Positions 58,687 through 64,000 of a stretch of DNA of 64,000 nucleotides are shown here, one piece after another. Position 1 is the first letter of the stretch; every line of letters starts with the position of its first letter. The position numbers were made by a program, and so were the translations under genes. The stretch comes from a virus (Duplodnaviria; Caudoviricetes). Location: the IMG/VR virus record IMGVR_UViG_3300049846_001081. One strand, 5' to 3'. The notes beneath the pieces are model-generated. The model saw only the letters and a list, made by a program, of their open reading frames with translations. It ran no database searches and was not told the DNA's origin.

Positions 58687-58721
58687 AATCCTAAATATAA
58701 CAGACTTCATCACACGGACTG

Positions 58722-59063
58722 ATGGAACAAAACAAAAGAGAAAAGTGTATGAGTACTGTTATTCGTGTTGCTATTCTTAGTTGGTCTGCTGCTCTCCTAA
58801 CAGCTTCGTATGCGGGTCTTCTTGCTAAGATGGACCCAACCTTTATTGCTACTGTCTTCACGGCATCTGCTGCGACGTTTGGCATTAATACCATGAAGAA
58901 GGGTGGCGATGATGATGAAAAGAAAGAACCTCCCGCATCTGCACCAGCACTTGTAGAGGCACCACCAGAGCCTCCTGCTCCTGAAGAAGAAACAGCACCA
59001 TCTCTTGAAGAAAGAGTTGAAGTATTGGAAGGACAAGTTCAACCACGCACAGGTGGAGCATAA
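58722..59063 (+). CDS. Membrane protein with Pro/Glu-rich tail
   Basis: Two TM segments; late box 58692. Confidence 0.65.
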   Translation: MEQNKREKCMSTVIRVAILSWSAALLTASYAGLLAKMDPTFIATVFTASAATFGINTMKKGGDDDEKKEPPASAPALVEAPPEPPAPEEETAPSLEERVEVLEGQVQPRTGGA

Positions 59064-59179
59064 TGGCTAAGTCTGCTAACAAAGGTAAAAAGGGTAGTGC
59101 AGGATCTGCAAATAACAAAAAGCAGAACTCTGGTAATGCCAACGCTAAAAAGGCAAAGAATGGTGGCAAGAAAAAGTGA
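59063..59179 (+). CDS. Small very basic protein (38 aa)
   Basis: MAKSANKGKKGSAGSANNKKQNSGNANAKKAKNGGKKK, coupled on both sides. Confidence 0.55.
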   Translation: MAKSANKGKKGSAGSANNKKQNSGNANAKKAKNGGKKK

Positions 59180-59355
59180 TGGAGTTCATCGCTTTTATGA
59201 TAGTTGGTCATGTTGAAACAAGTCCTGGCAGTTGTCAGGTTGAGTATCTTCGTTACAATGAAGTTCATTCGCTTGTAGTACCGTGCCACGAGAATGGAAC
59301 ACCCCTAAAAGGGAGTGTTGGAATGCTCCCATCCATAAAATACTCCAAGCCATAG
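59179..59355 (+). CDS. Small hypothetical protein
   Basis: TGATG coupling. Confidence 0.4.
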   Translation: MEFIAFMIVGHVETSPGSCQVEYLRYNEVHSLVVPCHENGTPLKGSVGMLPSIKYSKP

Positions 59356-59483
59356 ACAATCACACCCGCCTCTATATGGAGACGGGTGATTTTTGGCATG
59401 AAGAACAGGCCCAGATTTTGAGAAAGTATGTAAAAGATTTGAAAGTCTGGATACACAAAGAAGAAGGATGGTGGGATGAATGA
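59283..59483 (+). CDS. Hypothetical protein
   Basis: Coupled to the next gene. Confidence 0.6.
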   Translation: MPREWNTPKRECWNAPIHKILQAIDNHTRLYMETGDFWHEEQAQILRKYVKDLKVWIHKEEGWWDE

Positions 59484-60226
59484 AAAAATTCCTCACAGCA
59501 ATCGGATTATCATTAACCTTAACATTCCCTGCGTTAGCAAATTCACTTGAACCAAAACAACCTACAGTAAGACCTTATAGTGTAGAGGCAATGGGTTGTA
59601 TGATTCTTTTAGAATGTACTGAAGGTGTAGAAAAACTTTCAGTGGATTCTGAATTACTAAAAAATCCAGACTTTGATCCATTCAGGGAGGAATTGAAAAG
59701 GATTATTACCGCTCTTGATAGTGTAAATGTTCCAGTTTATGTTGCACCAGAAAGATATTTTACTCCAAGGACAGTAGGATTATATAAACCAAACTATAAT
59801 CGTTTCTTTGTTAATGAAACTCTTCTTAAAGATCCAAGAGAGTTTTTAGGAACAATGAGACACGAAGGATGGCATGTTGTTCAGGATTGTATGGGTGGTG
59901 GATTGCAAACATCCTTTATGGCTCAAGTACATCAGGATAGTGAAATTCCTGCTTGGATTATGAAAAATACTAGACTGACTTATGAATCTATGATGCAAAG
60001 TCGTGCAGTTCCTTGGGAAGCAGATGCGAACTGGGCAGAAGAACAGTCAAATGTAACTGCTGAAAAGATAGAAATGTGTGCCAAAGGACCTCTTTGGGAT
60101 CAAATTCGCCCAACACCAATGACTATGGATTGGTTGATTGGGTGTGGATTTATGAAACCACAAGAAGGAAAGTATCCATACTATCCAAATAAAAAAGTAG
60201 AGTATTGTACTGAAGGTAAATATTGA
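59480..60226 (+). CDS. Exported putative zinc metalloprotease
   Basis: Signal peptide; RHEGWH HExxH; WEADA. Confidence 0.6.
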   Translation: MKKFLTAIGLSLTLTFPALANSLEPKQPTVRPYSVEAMGCMILLECTEGVEKLSVDSELLKNPDFDPFREELKRIITALDSVNVPVYVAPERYFTPRTVGLYKPNYNRFFVNETLLKDPREFLGTMRHEGWHVVQDCMGGGLQTSFMAQVHQDSEIPAWIMKNTRLTYESMMQSRAVPWEADANWAEEQSNVTAEKIEMCAKGPLWDQIRPTPMTMDWLIGCGFMKPQEGKYPYYPNKKVEYCTEGKY

Positions 60227-60378
60227 TGGATCAGTTTCCTTGGGGAGTTGTTATAATATTATCTTGCGGACTTGCCTTTACTGCATACATCATTTACTAC
60301 ATACTAAAGTTAGCAAATGAGGAGATGAAAGATGAAACATCTGAGTCTAATTCTATCAATCACAAGTCTAGGCATTAG
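60226..60378 (+). CDS. Single-TM small protein
   Basis: FPWGVVIILSCGLAFTAYIIYYIL. Confidence 0.45.
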   Translation: MDQFPWGVVIILSCGLAFTAYIIYYILKLANEEMKDETSESNSINHKSRH

Positions 60379-60544
60379 TGCTGCAATTGGTGTGGGTGCT
60401 TATATTACTTACCAAAAAGCACAAAAGATTCTAGATAATCCAGAAGAATTTGTTGGTGCTGTTGTAGAGAAACAGGTTAACAAAGCATTTGAAAAATTAC
60501 CGATTCCGAAACTAAATACTGGGAGTATTAAGTTTCCTTTCTAA
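60332..60544 (+). CDS. Small membrane-anchored protein
   Basis: N-terminal TM. Confidence 0.6.
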   Translation: MKHLSLILSITSLGISAAIGVGAYITYQKAQKILDNPEEFVGAVVEKQVNKAFEKLPIPKLNTGSIKFPF

Positions 60545-60981
60545 TGGCAGACAAAGATCCATACATATATCGTATTCGCTCAGTTCATAAAGTAGTCGAT
60601 GGGGATACTATTGACGCTGATATTGATTTGGGGTTTGACATTTCTCTCACTAAACGCATTCGCCTTGCTGGGGTTGACACTCCTGAAAGTCGTACTACTG
60701 ATGCAAAAGAAAAAGCATTAGGATTGGAAGTTAAAGAATGGCTTAAAAAGAAACTAGAGGGACAGATTGATATTGTTGTTAAAACAGAACTCCCAGATTC
60801 TACTGAAAAGTATGGTAGAATTCTAGGACATCTTTTTATTGGTGATAAAGAAGTATCCGCAGTCAATAAGAAAAAGTCTGTTAATCAGCAAATGATTGAT
60901 GAAGGATATGCTTGGGAATATGATGGTGGTACAAAGAAAAAAGATTTTGCTTTATTGGAATCAAAAAGAAAGGCGAGCTGA
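60544..60981 (+). CDS. Staphylococcal-nuclease-like (SNase) protein
   Basis: VVDGDTI, IRLAGVDTPE, KYGRILG. Confidence 0.85.
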   Translation: MADKDPYIYRIRSVHKVVDGDTIDADIDLGFDISLTKRIRLAGVDTPESRTTDAKEKALGLEVKEWLKKKLEGQIDIVVKTELPDSTEKYGRILGHLFIGDKEVSAVNKKKSVNQQMIDEGYAWEYDGGTKKKDFALLESKRKAS

Positions 60982-61809
60982 TAACTTCTTAGCAATCTTT
61001 TTAGGCGGGGCAAAGAGACCTTTGAATCTTTCCCTGCCTTCTTTTGTAAACTTATCAATTATCACATCATCAACAATAACTTTGTTCTCAATTTCATAGA
61101 GAGCATTGGTATCTACTTGGTCACGGATATACTGCTCCACGTTATCTGTCTGTGCTACCAAACGAGTTCCTTCTGATGAGTATTCAAAGATATCAACATG
61201 CCCACCTTCTGACATAACATAATGCAAAACAGGTTTGACTTGTTTGATTTTAATTTTAAACTTATTCTTTGTTGCCTCTCGTATAAATGGTTCAGCCGCA
61301 TTCTTGAGAACATTTAAGACTGCTGTAGAAGCCATGGTGGTCGCAGTCGTAACTACTGCGACAGCACCAGCCGTAGCAACAATAGAAGGATCAGGTAGAT
61401 TAATATCGGTTCCAAGGACTGTAAATGTTGGTGTTGTTGGTTTATTTGCTGGTATTTCAGCAATGGGTATTTGTGGCGTTTGAGATGGAGGGGTTTGAAC
61501 AACCTGAGGCAGTTGAGGGGGAGGAGTAGTATCAGGTAGTCCCCTAGGTTTATCAAGTTGCTCTACCGCCTGTTTGTCACGCTCTGCTTTTACTGCAGCA
61601 TCAAACTCTTCTTGTGTTGGTACATTAATTACAGGATACTTGACAGAGGTGTCTGGCATTTCAAATACTGGTAGTGCCAGACCACGAACAACAGGAACTT
61701 CTGTTGATTTAACAACTGGAGGATTTATAGTAGGAATAATAGATGGACCACCAATTCTTACATCAGATGCTCCTAGATTAATTTGCTTTATTGGGTCCAT
61801 TGGCAACAT
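60961..61809 (-). CDS. Pro-rich membrane protein
   Basis: Pro-rich N-terminal half, VATAGAVAVVTT hydrophobic segment; part of the minus-strand operon. Confidence 0.7.
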   Translation of the reverse strand: MLPMDPIKQINLGASDVRIGGPSIIPTINPPVVKSTEVPVVRGLALPVFEMPDTSVKYPVINVPTQEEFDAAVKAERDKQAVEQLDKPRGLPDTTPPPQLPQVVQTPPSQTPQIPIAEIPANKPTTPTFTVLGTDINLPDPSIVATAGAVAVVTTATTMASTAVLNVLKNAAEPFIREATKNKFKIKIKQVKPVLHYVMSEGGHVDIFEYSSEGTRLVAQTDNVEQYIRDQVDTNALYEIENKVIVDDVIIDKFTKEGRERFKGLFAPPKKIAKKLSARLSF

Positions 61810-62365
61810 CCTTCACATTGGGATATTTGACAACTACGTCAGCACAGATCTTATAGTAAGGACTATCTGGATGGAATGTAATACCAGATTTGATTGCTTC
61901 ACCACACTTCAATAGCCTGACTAATTCAAAATCTAATCTTGCTTTATCTGCTTCTGCTTGTTGTCTTGCTATTTCTACTCTTGCTCTTGATTTACAGATC
62001 TCTGTAAGACTTCCATCAAGAGGAAAGTTAAAACCAAGCGAGATGCCAGCATTTCCGCTGAATGATTTGTGGGTTTCTGGGTCATTACTTCCGTTACCAG
62101 TTGCGAGTGCAAATGGAGCAAAACTCATCGTTGGACCTTGGCAGGATACACCACCACCGTAGGTGTTGACGGCATAAGGACCTTGTAATACTTGAACAGC
62201 CTGGTTTGTAACATTACCAGTAGCACTGGCGCTAGGACCAGCGATGTTAGTGTTTGACGGAGCAGTTTGAGCTGTTGCGGATCCACAAAGTAAGGCACTG
62301 GCTATTGTGTAAAGACAGAGATTGATGTAGTGGTTGATTGTGTTTCTGTGGTGCGATCTATCCAT
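61778..62365 (-). CDS. Exported hypothetical protein
   Basis: Signal-like segment, GGGVSCQGPT, three further Cys. Confidence 0.7.
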   Translation of the reverse strand: MDRSHHRNTINHYINLCLYTIASALLCGSATAQTAPSNTNIAGPSASATGNVTNQAVQVLQGPYAVNTYGGGVSCQGPTMSFAPFALATGNGSNDPETHKSFSGNAGISLGFNFPLDGSLTEICKSRARVEIARQQAEADKARLDFELVRLLKCGEAIKSGITFHPDSPYYKICADVVVKYPNVKDVANGPNKAN

Positions 62366-62661
62366 GTTTCTTTTGCCACTCCAGGTCCGAGATAGGTTTC
62401 GCTGAACTGGAATGGAGCACCTTGATTCATAATGGTGTAGTTTGCTCCTTGTTGCGGAGTGCCAGGAATGTTAATATTAGTTCCAGTCACAGTGTATGAT
62501 GTGCCAGTTGTATATTCAACTTGGCGAATTGTTTCTATTACTTTTGTAGTAGATTCCGTAGTCGCATTGATTGTGCCCCTAGTAAAATTAGGCACAACAC
62601 TCTCTGCTAGGGCAGGACAAGAAAACCCTAGCAGGAATAAACCTGCTAGGATATGTCTCAT
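62302..62661 (-). CDS. Exported hypothetical protein
   Basis: Signal peptide ending PALA; VVPNFTRG. Confidence 0.7.
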   Translation of the reverse strand: MRHILAGLFLLGFSCPALAESVVPNFTRGTINATTESTTKVIETIRQVEYTTGTSYTVTGTNINIPGTPQQGANYTIMNQGAPFQFSETYLGPGVAKETWIDRTTETQSTTTSISVFTQ

Positions 62662-63119
62662 TTGAATACGCTCAGTTCAATACTACGTTGACCTGTTGCA
62701 GTTGTTCCAGCACCACCAGCGGTGACAGTGGGAACACCAGTAGGAGATAAAGTACCAGCAAGAGAACCTTTCTCACCACCAACTTGTGTTACGCTATCTC
62801 CATAGAGATTAGGTGAACCAATAACACCAGTTGTTACTGATTGTGTAGTTACAGGAGTATCGGCAGCATTGAAACTTTCTGAGAAAGTAAATGCTTGACC
62901 TGCGGTATTAATATCATAGGTTCCAGCACCGCCTACACCACCAAAGGATGTGGATTGGATATTGGTTCCTGACGCTGAATATGAAGCACCGATTCTTGTT
63001 GATTGAACTGCAGCACCATCAACTTTCAATTGTACGGAGTCAGTGATTCTTGATGTGATTTCAGCAGCATTAACTGGGATTGCGAAGAATAACGAAAAGG
63101 CTAGAATAAGTCTTTTCAT
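62658..63119 (-). CDS. Exported hypothetical protein (S/T/G-rich)
   Basis: MKRLILAFSLFFAIPVNA signal peptide; start at 63119. Confidence 0.7.
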   Translation of the reverse strand: MKRLILAFSLFFAIPVNAAEITSRITDSVQLKVDGAAVQSTRIGASYSASGTNIQSTSFGGVGGAGTYDINTAGQAFTFSESFNAADTPVTTQSVTTGVIGSPNLYGDSVTQVGGEKGSLAGTLSPTGVPTVTAGGAGTTATGQRSIELSVFK

Positions 63120-63175
63120 TTTTCTTATGTGATAAACACTATTGTTATTTAGCATGATGTCCCCATTTGGGGAGC

Positions 63176-63209
63176 TTGACGGGCACGGGAAACCGTAGTA
63201 TGATAAATA
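63176..63209 (+). promoter_or_regulatory. psbA dual early/late promoter
   Basis: TTGACG-17-TATGAT overlapping TAAATA. Confidence 0.7.
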
Positions 63210-63289
63210 GGTAAACAAATGTTACGGATTTCTCATAAATCTTAACATTGTTAAACACCCCGTAAACCGAGACCTCTAGGGTGTATAAA

Positions 63290-63375
63290 TTACGTCTCTC
63301 ATACCCAGTCTGAGGGTGACTGGGGAATAGTATCACCACCATTTCCCTGATGGTCTTACTACTCTTTCAATAAAA
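63290..63375 (+). ncRNA. PhotoRC-II-type psbA 5' leader RNA
   Basis: TACGTCTCTCATACC-CAGTC tgagggt GACTG-...ATCACCACCATTTCCCTGATGGT...TACT directly before the psbA ATG. Confidence 0.65.
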
Positions 63376-64000
63376 ATGACTGCTACACTTTCACGTCAAC
63401 AATCACAATCAAATATTTGGGAACAGTTCTGCAACTGGGTTACTTCAACCGATAATCGTCTTTATGTCGGTTGGTTCGGAGTCCTGATGATTCCTTGCCT
63501 GCTCGCCGCTACAACTTGTTTCATCATCGCCTTCATCGGTGCTCCCCCTGTGGACATTGATGGTATCCGTGAACCCGTTGCTGGTTCACTCATGTACGGA
63601 AACAACATCATCTCTGGTGCTGTTATTCCTTCATCCAATGCAATTGGACTGCACTTTTATCCTATCTGGGAAGCTGCTTCCCTAGATGAGTGGCTATATA
63701 ACGGTGGACCATTCCAACTGGTCGTCTTCCACTTTCTGATTGGTATCTATGCCTACATGGGTCGTGAATGGGAACTTTCTTACCGACTTGGTATGCGTCC
63801 TTGGATTTGTGTTGCTTACAGCGCACCCGTTGCTGCTGCTAGCGCAGTGTTCCTGGTGTATCCCTTCGGTCAAGGATCCTTCTCTGATGCGATGCCTCTG
63901 GGGATTTCGGGAACTTTCAACTACATGCTTGTTTTCCAGGCAGAACACAACATTCTTATGCATCCTTTCCACATGCTGGGAGTTGCTGGTGTCTTCGGTG
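63376..64000 (+). CDS. psbA: Photosystem II D1 protein (runs off the window end; absent from ORF track)
   Basis: MTATLSRQQ...[26 protein letters not shown]...[16 protein letters not shown]...[22 protein letters not shown]. Confidence 0.98.
   Translation, partial: MTATLSRQQSQSNIWEQFCNWVTSTDNRLYVGWFGVLMIPCLLAATTCFIIAFIGAPPVDIDGIREPVAGSLMYGNNIISGAVIPSSNAIGLHFYPIWEAASLDEWLYNGGPFQLVVFHFLIGIYAYMGREWELSYRLGMRPWICVAYSAPVAAASAVFLVYPFGQGSFSDAMPLGISGTFNYMLVFQAEHNILMHPFHMLGVAGVFG

Overview
A 64-kb segment of a large T4-like cyanobacterial myovirus (Kyanoviridae type). A freshwater Synechococcus/Cyanobium host is an inference, not shown directly. Almost everything is on the + strand. In order: (1) a replication core (cobT-like vWA/cobS, gp45, gp44, dam, gp62, regA, hsp20, gp43, uvsX, gp41, mazG, gp61, nrdA, nrdB, EndoII-like). 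It is interrupted by a complete Bsp6I-like type II restriction-modification pair and by late-promoter-driven proteins whose N-termini resemble the T4 capsid-targeting sequence. (2) A tRNA region with 10 canonical tRNAs, one non-canonical tRNA-like element, dps and a solo Phd-like antitoxin. (3) A 15-kb nucleotide-sugar/glycosyltransferase island preceded by a wcaG-type RNA; it carries RfbH, a TPP enzyme, an ADP-heptose pathway and GT9/10/11/25-like enzymes. (4) Host-derived genes (porin, pstS, 2 hli, petF, peroxiredoxin), lysis enzymes and an S/T-rich autotransporter-like protein whose RBS is buried in a long hairpin. (5) A minus-strand operon of mostly exported proteins divergent from a PhotoRC-II-type leader and psbA, which is truncated by the window end. 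All calls come from motif recognition by eye; no database searches were run.
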